A program made the translations under genes and the position numbers. This document shows positions 1 to 10,078 of a stretch of 42,065 nucleotides of DNA, piece after piece. The stretch comes from Atractiella rhizophila (Eukaryota): positions 104,985 through 147,049 of the forward strand of contig MU271217.1 in NCBI GenBank assembly GCA_021432655.1, read 5' to 3'. Each line of letters opens with the position of its first letter. Positions within the stretch are counted from its first letter, which is position 1. The notes under the pieces were generated by a model. It saw only the letters and a program-made list of their open reading frames with translations, made no database searches and was not told the origin of the DNA.

Positions 1-1052
1 ATGGCGGATGCCGCTTTTCATCGAAATCCTTTCAGCTTTGACGATCTCCCGGCAGATTTTGGGACGAATAAAGATTTAATGGATCGGTTCATCGAGGCAA
101 AGGATAAGGGGAAAGGTCCGTCGTTCCTCAAGAGCCTGGAGAGCCAAGAGGTCTTCTATCCTCCCATCCCTTCCGGGTCTGCTGCATCCTCCTCGAATCA
201 GACTTCCCACTCGAATTCCTCTTTCTTCCCTTCTCCCAACAATTCTACCGATTCCCCCATCTTCACGAATGCCGATCTCCTTGACCCCAACGGCGACGGC
301 ACACTCGACCCTTCCTGGCTCCTCACTTCCATGGCGCCTCTCCCCTCCCCTTTAAGGGCTCCATCAACAATTGACCCGCTCTCCCTCGTCTCCTCCTCCA
401 CTTCGACAAGGTCCGCCAAGTTGGCGGTTCTTGAAGGAATGCTAGGAGGAAGAGAGACAAGGAGTCGACGTCAAAAGGCTGAGAACATGTTGGCAAACGA
501 TGATGGCATGCCCATGTCTGTCACCGCTGTTGCTTCTGGATCGGGATCCAATACGACTTCCAATGACGGAGAGGGGGTCGGGAAGAGGAAGAGGGGGAGA
601 GTTCCCACTACGCTCAATAACTTGGACGCGCCGATCGAAACAAGGTGAGTTTACTTCAGTTCCCACATGTCTTCTCGCTCACGCAAATCTAGGCAATATA
701 CTTGTTCATCTAAGACGACTAGGAAGACTATACCGAGATCTATTGCAAAAAGGATAAAGGATACCGAAGAGGAGGAGCTCGATCGGGATGGTATCTTGAA
801 ATTGGTGGATGAGAAGAGGCGTCAGAATACCCTTGGTTAGTCTCTATTCTATTAACAAACTGGTACCTAATAAGGACGTTAGCCGCACGCAAATCCCGAG
901 CCGCCAAAGCTGCGTATGTGAAGAAGTTGGAGGAAGAGAATGCTGTACACAAAGCAAACGAGGATCGGATGCTCGAACTTATCGAAGACTTGAAAGAAGA
1001 GAATGAGAGTCTGAAGGCTCAGATGAATGGTGGATTCCGCGGTTTCAACTGA
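1..1052 (+). CDS. bZIP transcription factor, GCN4/CpcA-like (exons 1-644, 693-835, 883-1052)
   Basis: Splicing of GT..AG introns of 48 and 47 nt gives LDAPIETRQYTCSSKTTRK (motif typical of basidiomycete GCN4-like proteins), basic region EKRRQNTLAARKSRAAK and zipper YVKKLEEENAVHKANEDRMLELIEDLKEENESLKAQ, then TGA at 1050-1052. Confidence 0.85.
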
Positions 1053-1658
1053 CAACAATGCGTATCATGTTCTGGTTCCCTGCCCCCACATCCTCTTCCA
1101 CAACTATGTACTCTCTCGACTATACTCTCTTGAATCCTCGTCTTGTCAGTATGCTTGACTTCATCTTTCAACCTCTCAGTGCCTTTTGCTTGGTTTTTTC
1201 GGCCCCAAAAAGAAAGAAAGCAATGGAAGAATCCCATATCCCATGAGAATAAGTCATGCGATGAACAGGTCATCCACGTGTCAGTCTCCCGCAGGTAAGA
1301 CAGAGCCCGAACCGAGCAAACAACTCGAAAGTCCATCAGCTTTGTGGAAGTAACGGTCCTGAAGAGCCTGTTATCTTCAAGTCTGATTCGCCTGGGGATT
1401 TTTGGCTTTTTAGCGAACGTTTCGTTCTCGCACAACTTGTCATAGGCAGCAACACCCTAAGCGCGATTCGAGCACTCTGGGTCTTCACCAGCGAATTCCG
1501 AAGCTGTTTTTGAAGTTGATAAGAAATAGGAAAGGAACGAAACTTTGAGGCGTTGACGAAGGCGAAATTTAGAGGTGACATAGCTGAGCGACGTGCGCTG
1601 CGTCTTTCGTTACCTTGTTTATTGGCTGATCAGGAATGCTAGGACACCATCTACAACA

Positions 1659-3331
1659 ATGGCCACAATCCCCAGTCCGCTCCTCAGCGAATGCTTGCAC
1701 ACATTTAGGATCACTGCTGAATTCATCAGGAAGGAGGCTGTCAGCGGCAGCATCAAAACAGCGGCGCTCACGACTGTCGACCTTGATGCCAACGTAGTCC
1801 CTTTCCACATCCTCCACCATCCGAATATTATTCCCAATATCCTCACAGCAGTCGATCAGTGGTTCGCTGCTGAGGCCACCCGAAATCCACCCGTCGATCT
1901 CACTTTTCAGACGATATCCGATTTTTGTCTTCAATTGCATCGAGACAGCTATTTGGGGCCGAAGGTCGAGGCTGGCGTGGCCTTCGCAACTTGGGTTAGG
2001 GCACTACGTCACTACCGAGGAGGAAAGACACAAGCAGTCGACCTCCAGATTGACAGTGGGCATCGCGTCCAATGTGATAGAATATTGAAATTTCAAGGGG
2101 AATCAAGTTGCATGCTCGAGCTCACTTCAACAATCGTTTTCGACCACTATGCACCAAGGATCCTCGACCTTGCCAGTGGTGAGAATAACAATGGAACTGC
2201 CTTGCAGATCAGCGATTCCCGAGAGAGTGAAGAAAGGTCCATCATCTTCAAGGTTAGTGCCGAACTTGTCGACAGATTGACATCTTCTCAAAGCACTCCT
2301 TTCTCTAGCTGGGAGTAAAGATGATTCACAACAGAACTAGGTTTGGATTATTGTTTGATGGTCTCAAAGCGATTCTTTTGCAGAAAATCTACCTTCCGAC
2401 CCAAGACACCACACACCGGTTCTACCTCGCCTGCTCCGATGTCTACTCTATCGTGGACAACCCTTTTCTCCAGCTGCTCTACGGTCTCTCCCTAGGAGAT
2501 GACCTGGGCATCCAAGGACACCACAATGACCTCCTTCCACCAGTCCCTGCACGACTGCCACCTACAGACGAAAAACCTCCATCACGAGTAAAACCGTCAA
2601 CATCGAACCGTTACAATATACGGCCCAGCTCCGGAAAACAACCAGCTTTCGCTTCCGTCTGCCTCGGATTAAGCACAGTCAGATTTCCAACATCCTGCCG
2701 TCCTCAGCACGCCTTCCAGTTGAAAGATGTATGGACGAGGCGCGGTAGTTGTGGAAGCTGCGTTGCTCAGCTGGAAATTTGGTCATTTCTTGCTGTCGGT
2801 GGTGGTGGAGCGGTGTACGAAGGCTACATTGTCGACGGACATGGCAATTACCTGCGAGTGGCAGTGAAGCTCTTTGACGAGACGAAGGATGATTGTTTCC
2901 AAAGTGAATCGACAGCTTACCGCCTTCTCGAGAGTTGTCATGGGGACGTCGTGCCGATAATTTATGGCATTTACACCTTTGCAAAGGGTATGCGATTAAT
3001 TGTTATGGAGTTCCTAGAAAGAGCGTCGGAATGTCACGATGCGAAAGATGTGACACCGGAAAAGAGGTGAGTGTCCAGAGATCCTCCAGGATTTTGAGAG
3101 AGATGAATTGGACACAGGTTGGAACTCGTCACCGCGATGAAGAAAATTCACAGATGTGGAATTCTGCATGGCGACATCGAGTTGCGAAATATGTACGTTG
3201 GAGACTCGAGATGCTACTTTTACGACTTTTCGCATTCTTGGACGGCTGAAAAGCTCACAACCGCTGGGGAGATGGATCGAGAAACCGAACGCTTGCAGTC
3301 TCTGCTTGAACTGGAAAGCGTGCGGCCCTAG
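1659..3331 (+). CDS. Protein with a degenerate PD-(D/E)XK-like N-terminal region and a minimal C-terminal protein kinase domain (exons 1659-2252, 2309-3066, 3118-3331)
   Basis: Introns 2253-2308 and 3067-3117 join three ORFs in frame. Kinase motifs: Gly loop LAVGGGGAVY, VAVK, alphaC Glu (SESTAY), hinge IVMEFL, catalytic loop HGDIELRN, DFS in place of DFG; protein ends about 28 aa later. Confidence 0.8.
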
Positions 3332-3601
3332 TTATGTTTATAACGCTACGGCACCTTGTCGGATCTTTGCTCCCGACTGTTCTGAGAACAAAAAGACCAA
3401 AGACGCAAATGGTCGAGTGGCGACATCCGTACCGAGTCACCTGAATTGGTTGATGGCGACATTGATCCACTTAAGATGATATAAGATGATAAATTAGCAA
3501 CTTTGTGTGTGCGGTTGGTGGGAGTGAAATGTCGTTGACGCACGTCGAAGCGCAGCCTGAGGTCCAGCACTCCGCCTAGGCGTCCAGTAGCGGCGATTGA
3601 C

Positions 3602-5076
3602 ATGTCCTAAACGCCATTATCGACTACAAGACGAGCCAAGAACGTTCAGAATCACAGCCCTCTCGATGACAACTCTAATGTTCCTCGACTGACTGTCTGG
3701 CGCATCTTCTGGCTCTTCTTTTCGCGCTTCGGAATCTTTGTCGCGCAAATAGCCCTGATCAAGGAACAGCTGGTCATTCAGGAAAAATGGATCAGCGTCG
3801 CGCGCTTCAACCGTGTATTTGCCGTCTATCAGATGCTCCCTGGCCCCGAGGCTGCTGAACTGTGCATGTTCTTTGGCTGTTTAGCTGGAGGACGTCTAGG
3901 CGGCATCGCGGCCGGCGTTGGATTTATCCTTCCTGGCTTCTTACTCATGCTTCTCGCGAGCTATCTCTACGCCTTAGGTGGCTTTAGTAACAGATATGTC
4001 TCTGCATCTTTCCGAGCACTTCAACCTATGGTTGGGGCGATGGTGTGTTATTCGTCCCGTCTTTATTTTATGCTGATATCTGCTTCAGATTGTTCGCGCG
4101 ACCCATAAGATTGCCGAGCATACCCTCCGAAGCCAACGATCAGGAAGATTCAGTCTTTGGTTTCTGAGTTACGCACTCTTCACAACATTGAACAGTGCTC
4201 TTCGCATCAACTGGTAAGTGTGTATGGTATGATTACGGATGCAAGTTCTCACAATATATAGGCTCATTTCCCTTTCTTTCTACGGCATTTTCAATATGGT
4301 TGTCACCCGCCGTTATTACGTTCTGGCCGCGGGACTGTTCATTCTTCAATACGTTGTTTATGCCGTCTATGTCATTTTCAAAGGCGTCCCAACCCCTGTT
4401 GCTCTCGCTGTTGGCGTTGCTCGAATTCCAGATACAGTCCACCTTTTCGCTCTTGGGCTTATCGCCGGAAGCTTGTCATTTGGAGGTGCATACACTGCTA
4501 TTCCGTTTATTCAAGCCGAAGCTGTCCTCCGCGGTGCATGGCTACCCCAGAGCGTCTTCCTCGATGGTATTGCAATTGGAAATATCATTCCTGCCCCTTT
4601 GGTCATTTTTGCGACATTTGTCGGATTTCAAGGTGGAAAAACGCTGCGAGGTGTTGGATACGGCTTTTCAGGTGCAACTGTCATCACCCTTGGCATGTTC
4701 TTCCCATGTTTTCTCTTTACAATAGCAGGTCATGATTTGCTCGAAAGACTATGTCGCAACAAGGTAACCATTTCAACCTGTGTAGCCCATGCTTACATAT
4801 TGACAGTTTTTATCCGCTTTCTTTGACGGGATCGGTGGGGCAGTTGTAGGGGTTATAGCTATCACTGCTCTTCAATTTCTTAAAGCCTGTGTTGGTGCCA
4901 TACCGCGGCAAGGATCAATGGCAGACGACACCGCTCGCATGCTGTCCTACGATGCCACGGCGGCTGTGCTCTATATAGTCACTCTGGTTGCACTTTACAA
5001 GGCTAACCACAAGTATGCTGTCATCCTAATGATTGTCATCGGTGCATTATCGGGGCAGTTTCTGTTCGTAGAATGA
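3602..5076 (+). pseudogene. Long-chain chromate transporter (ChrA/CHR family), probably inactivated (exons 3602-4042, 4089-4213, 4262-4763, 4807-5076)
   Basis: Two CHR halves: VAQIALIKEQLVIQEKWI..YQMLPGPEA and LSFGGAYTAIPF..WL..IPAP. In-frame ATG-TCC-TAA at 3602-3610, and the first-half GG signature is missing (FGIF|VAQIA). Confidence 0.75.
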
Positions 5077-5537
5077 AATATATTGACGAAAAGGACATGG
5101 AGCTATCGTTTAAAGGAACCAATAGTTGTTTGAAAGTAGAGCAGTTTGACTGGCTAAACTACATCGCTATATGGCAAAGTTGAGATCAACTTTAAAAGTG
5201 AAGGCAGTAGACAAAAACTATGTAGATTCTTTCGTCGCAAATCATTCAGAAGACCAGTCGCTGCTGCCACAAACCATCAAGCAATCGCCACCATAAATCA
5301 TGAGCAGCACGATACTGTTGCTACAAACCCTACAGATCTATCCCATCTCACAAAAACCAATTTAAAGATGGGCAAAGTGCGCTGTGTGATAAAAGCATCG
5401 TCTTCATGCTTCAAGCAAGGCGAGAAAGAAACAGGAAAGGTCAGAAACTTGATGGGGTAGACTGTTGACCAGAAACCATGGAATGGTTTGTTTGTGTTAG
5501 GGCTGACACTATGTGCGATCGCCGACGGGCGATGCGT

Positions 5538-5633
5538 CTGTAGTGGAGATAAACCTAAGAGCATGATATGACATGAAGACTAACCTGTAGTGGAGATAAA
5601 CCTAAGAGAATACTCTAAGGTCACCTCCACTAC
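5538..5633. repeat. 24-bp direct repeat plus imperfect inverted copy (hairpin; possible element terminus)
   Basis: ctgtagtggagataaacctaagag at 5538-5561 and 5585-5608, followed by ctctaaggtcacctccactac (reverse complement gtagtggaggtgaccttagag). Confidence 0.8.
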
Positions 5634-5789
5634 TCACTGATCTATATATACAAGCGGAATAACACTGCCACAAAGCGTAGAGGAGAGCAGATGAAACATG
5701 TAAGAGAACTAAAAGGGGAAGTGACAGTGGGATTACGCGGAGTTAGTAAGAGGAGGATAGGCACAATTCGGCTAAGTGGTGATGTAGGT

Positions 5790-5945
5790 GCAAATGGGCG
5801 AACGGGCAAACAGGCGCCGATTTGCACTGTGTGCAAATAGGCGACGGGAGACGCAGTGGCGAACGGACGCCAATTCGCAGGGAACGCAAATGGGCGATAA
5901 GAGACGCAATCCGGCGAACGGGCGCCGATTTGCGTAAGATGCAAA
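5790..5945. repeat. Tandem array of three GC-rich palindromic units
   Basis: Each unit is GCAAAT(G/A)GGCG...CGCC(G/A)ATT(T/C)GC with an internal ggcgaacgg; a fourth GCAAA starts at 5941. Confidence 0.8.
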
Positions 5946-5974
5946 CCTGACAGTCTGTCTCTGGAGTATACTGA

Positions 5975-8163
5975 GATGACATGTTAGCAAAGATGTGGGA
6001 GTTCGATCGCTTGCTGTTCATGGAGTGAAGCTGTGCTTGTTTGGCAAGGCATCCCTTCCATCCGCCTTGATGGTTTCCACATCCAACATCTTCTCCTCAT
6101 CTGGCTTGTTCCAGTCAGGCATAAACTCTGTCCTCATCGTCAGTTTGCCTACAAGCACTGGGGCTGCATACTATCCAGGATGGTGGTGATGTCTCTCCAG
6201 TTCTCCATAGCCCTGTTGTATTGTCGACAGAATGTGAGAGCCAGTGGTTCGAACACTTTTCTCGCGAACACAGCCTGAGCTGCTCTCTCACAGTACCTGT
6301 TGAGATTGCCTTCCTTATCTTCTGCTGTCGAGTGGGTTAGCCTGTTGTTTCAAAGATGTGAGGACTCACCTTCATGACCAAACCAGAGCTTTGTGATGGC
6401 GATCCTTCCAGCTTGACAAGAGCTCCATTCCTGATCTGCTGTTTTCGGTTGGCAGTTGTTGAGAATGACTTTTGCCTGTGATCTTTCTCAGTCACCTGAA
6501 TGCGACTTTCACTTGAGCCCTCACCTTCGTCATGGTGGGGTCAAGCCTATTGATGTACACAAATCTTCCAGTGGGGTTCCCATAAATTGCTTGATTCACT
6601 TTGGTGGTTTCTGTGTAATGATGGAGGTGTGCCCAGGGTACCATTCCAAATTCGTGTGCCAATCGTAGCATTTCGACACGGACTGGTTTGCTTTTTTTTT
6701 GTAGAAGATGGATTTGACCGCTTCCTTGCTGAATCTAGCCTGGCGAAGGGCAGGGGGCAGGTCCTCAAGCTGGTACCCTCAACGATTGATGGCCACCGCT
6801 GTATTTTTGTACTTGTCGATGAAGGCGGCTCCATTTGCAAGTGAATTGATTGTTTCCTGGGATAACACATGTTTCTTTGCTTGCTCTGCCAATGGCTGAT
6901 ATCCAAATTTGTACCACAAGAAGAGTGGGGCCAAGGTGGTAAGTCTGTAAACTGATGTAGACAGACGCTGCCATATTCCATTGTGATCCTCCTGCAGTAC
7001 TGTTAGCTCTGTCATCCAGACAGTGTCACTTACCCTAGATGTGGAGACATGAAGCTGAACGGGTGTTTGATTGTCCCATCCTTGCTTGTCTCTGGTGTCA
7101 TGACATTGCACCATGGTCAGCAAGCCCAATGAGGATGAATATCGCTGACCATAACGCTTCTTTCCAGTCCATATTAACCAGTTTCTTTCCTACCCTCTTC
7201 TTCCCTTCAGTCTTTCTCTTCTTTGTGGCTAACGTTTTCTTCTCCTTCACTCTCTTCTCCCCTTCACTTTCTGATGATGTCTCCTCTAAAACATCAACAT
7301 CCGTAATCCCACGTTTCTTTCTCGGGTGCCGATCTTCCTTGCTCGATTCCCCCCTGCCAGCCCCTCCACTTCCCCTCTTTGGTGACATTCCTTGACGTCC
7401 TCCTTGTCCCACCTTAGCGGATGTCCCACCACGTCTCTTTCCTCCATGGTCAACGGAAGTACTGTTTCTCTTTGTACTCTTTTGTGGTTTGTTTCTCCCA
7501 CTGGTTCCAGTGACTACCTTTGAACTTGGAGGACCAGACAGCACCATACTAGTTGCTTCCAGAATTGTGGATAAATCATGAGAGGAGCTCTTCGAGGGGA
7601 GTAAGTGAAGACGATCGTGTTTTGGGGGCTAGCTTGTTGCTTTGCAAATTTCATCATAACCAGACTGATATGACGAAGACCGACTGGTCTCTGCAACTTC
7701 GTGTGGGTCCTGCTGATGCAGGACAGATGGGTGGGCATTGAACCTTGGCTGCTTGTTCAATGTAAGCCTTGCGAGCTTCGCCTCCCTTACCCACTTTGCC
7801 TGTAGATGTCGGTGTTCAATGATGGTTCGCCAGCCTTCATTGTCAGGGACAGTGCTGATCACATGGTCACCTGGTCTGAATGCCCCAAGCTTGGAGATGG
7901 GCTTTGTATGGGCATCCTTTTCTTAGCCGGGCCAGACTGAGCTTGTCCTATATCTGAGTCAGCATGCTGATCACTGAGGCATTAGAGGGCTAGGAGTTCT
8001 ACTTTTGAGTTCACGTGGATGGCCACAAACTCGATAATGGCAGGTCTTGCCACATCTGCTGCCTTGGACCAGGAGTTGATCTTGTCAGCCATTGGGGACT
8101 GAAAGCCAATCCGGGTCCGAATGAAACAGAGTGAGAAGGAAACGCAGCTGTAACTAGAGCCAT
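5975..8163 (-). pseudogene. Decayed intron-containing gene of unknown family (Lys/Gly/Ser-rich middle, helical C-terminal part); boundaries approximate
   Basis: Minus-strand frames at 7629-7862, 7098-7547 and 6779-7129 continue past TGA stops (e.g. TAVAINR*GYQLEDLPPAL). Splice signals gtaagt..gctaac..cag at about 7033-6992 and gtgagt near 6369. Confidence 0.55.
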
Positions 8164-9056
8164 TTCGATTGTTTTTTTTAGATTTGATATGTTATTGGGG
8201 GGTGTTTAACGCTGGGGTGTTTGATGTGTTCTGGATAATGCTTTAGGTGACAGTCTGTCTGTCTGGGGAACTAGTGCAGCAAGGGGGTCTTTTATAACTT
8301 TTGGGCATCAAGGTTACAATGCAAGTCATGTGGGGATGATCGGTTCTAAGAGGGATCAATCTATTCGATACAATGTGCCCTGTTACCACAGATGTGGGCA
8401 CATAGGACAACAACAAAACAGATACAAAGGTGGTAATCCAGATGTATGGTAAGTACTCAGGGAGCTATTGGACCAAACATCAGAAAGGCAAGCAGGTGCT
8501 TTGTGATAGAAAGGGATTTGGGATGGTTGAGAAGAATGTTGTGCATTGGTGACATATAGAGCGTATAGAGGGGCATCAGAAACATTGCAGAAAAAGGGGG
8601 TAAATGGTGAAGAAAGTGCAATTTCCTTCAAAACATCCTAGCCGATCGGTTATTGATACAGGTGCAGAGGGGTGTGGAAAGTGCAACTTCGTTCAAAACT
8701 TCCCCAGTAGGTTTCACCAGAGGTAGCTAATGAGGATGTGGAGACAATGTTCATATATATATGCAATTTATGTATAAATGATATATGACCACTACAGAGA
8801 TGCTCCAGCTTTATATGCTTCATATGATAAAATGTTCTAGACGCCACATATCTCAACTGTCATAAATTAATTTTTGCAACTTTGAATGTACCCTATTTAC
8901 TTGCCTATATATACCAAATATGAACTAGGGCAGTCTAATACATAAGGATTTCAACGGATAAGTGATTTGAGATGTGTCTTAGAGAGGACATTGCCTGTGC
9001 CTACCAGTGTTTACGAGTACATGACATTTTAACTGTATTCGAGTTTTTATCTCTGG

Positions 9057-9372
9057 CAGGGTTCTACTCTGGTTGGCTGAGAGCCAACATTTTCGTCACA
9101 ATGCTGCTTTTATTGAAAGCAGGGTCATGCTCTGGGTGCCTAGGAGGTAAGGATATTGCCAGGATCCTGTCCTGGACAGAGTCAGGGTTGTACCCTGGGC
9201 AGCAACAAGGATTCAGCCAGGATCTTGTTCCTGATAGTGGCAGGGTTGTACCCTGGGGAGCCAGGAGCACAGAATCCTGACAGCAGCAGGGTTGTACCCT
9301 GGGTGGCTAGGAGGCAAGGATTTAGCCAGGATCCTGTTCCTGACAGAGGCAGGGTTGAACCCTAAAGTACTG
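9057..9372. repeat. Tandem array of six ~46-63 bp units with palindromic core CAGGGT-TGT-ACCCTG
   Basis: Cores start at 9057, 9120 (both degenerate), 9183, 9241, 9287 and 9350. A second palindrome CAGGATC(C/T)TG lies at about 9160, 9218 and 9327. Confidence 0.85.
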
Positions 9373-9409
9373 TTTTTAGTCCCCAATCACTTATCAGTGA
9401 GTGCAAGCA

Positions 9410-10003
9410 CTACAAATAGTTATGTGATTGGGGAAAAGAAAGAGAAGGGAAACACTTCAAGCCATACTTGTAAGTCCAGACTAGTGGTGAAGTGCACATG
9501 TTTGGTACGGCATCTGGAACGGGAGGCAAATGAAACAAATAGATGACATCTACTGATCTCCAATGAAAAGCATGCCTTGAAAAATGGTGAGCACCCAAGG
9601 ACCAAATTCCCTTTGTGTTCAATTTGAAGTCCCCTTCATTCTCAACTTCCAGCTCCAGCATCGCTGAATCCTTTCTATGATTTTTGGATACCTGATACAC
9701 TGTTGGGATAAGAGGGATAAGAGGATAAGAGGCTTTTCAAAAAGATCCGCCCCGCAGGGGTTTGTGTTCTGTCTGCATAAAAGATTTATGTCCGCCATTT
9801 TTGCCAAAGATGGTTGTGGTTTCAGCTCGTGTCTGAGAAAGTGCATGATATTGCAATTCCATGTAAGAACATGGAACCAAACAGGATTCGTTTCGTCTAA
9901 ATCTGATGAATACAGTGAGCCTAGCTGCATTTGTGACACTGCCATGTTGAGCAGCATAATCTCTGAGTGCTGTACGTACTCGTTGAAAAGTACACCACCA
10001 CAA
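9410..10003 (-). pseudogene. Interrupted ORF remnant, unknown family
   Basis: ORFs 9737-10003 and 9410-9700 share a frame and are separated by one TGA (9737-9739) in CpG-depleted DNA. Confidence 0.35.
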
Positions 10004-10078
10004 CTGGGATCATTGGATCATTAAGCAGCAGGATTGAAGGCCTAATACTCGTTTCAGATTGACTGTGGGCATCAGGCG

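Larger units (their letters stand above)
5950..10020. mobile_element. Degenerate transposon/repeat-derived region, class unresolved
   Basis: Marked CpG depletion with TpG/CpA excess, stop-interrupted reading frames, subterminal-type repeat arrays, an AT-rich tract at about 8700-8950. No recognisable transposase or RT motif. Confidence 0.6.

Noticed and set aside
1..1052. HAC1/Hxl1 with an Ire1-type intron
   Set aside because: The basic region is GCN4-like and both introns are ordinary GT-AG.
5790..5945. CRISPR or attC-like array
   Set aside because: Only three units with related loops, and no cas or integrase gene nearby.
9358..9365. aaccctaa as telomeric or template sequence
   Set aside because: Single unit that is part of the tandem repeat core.
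9057..9372. CRISPR-like appearance (palindromic repeats with spacers)
   Set aside because: The spacers are homologous to each other, the context is eukaryotic, and no cas genes are present.
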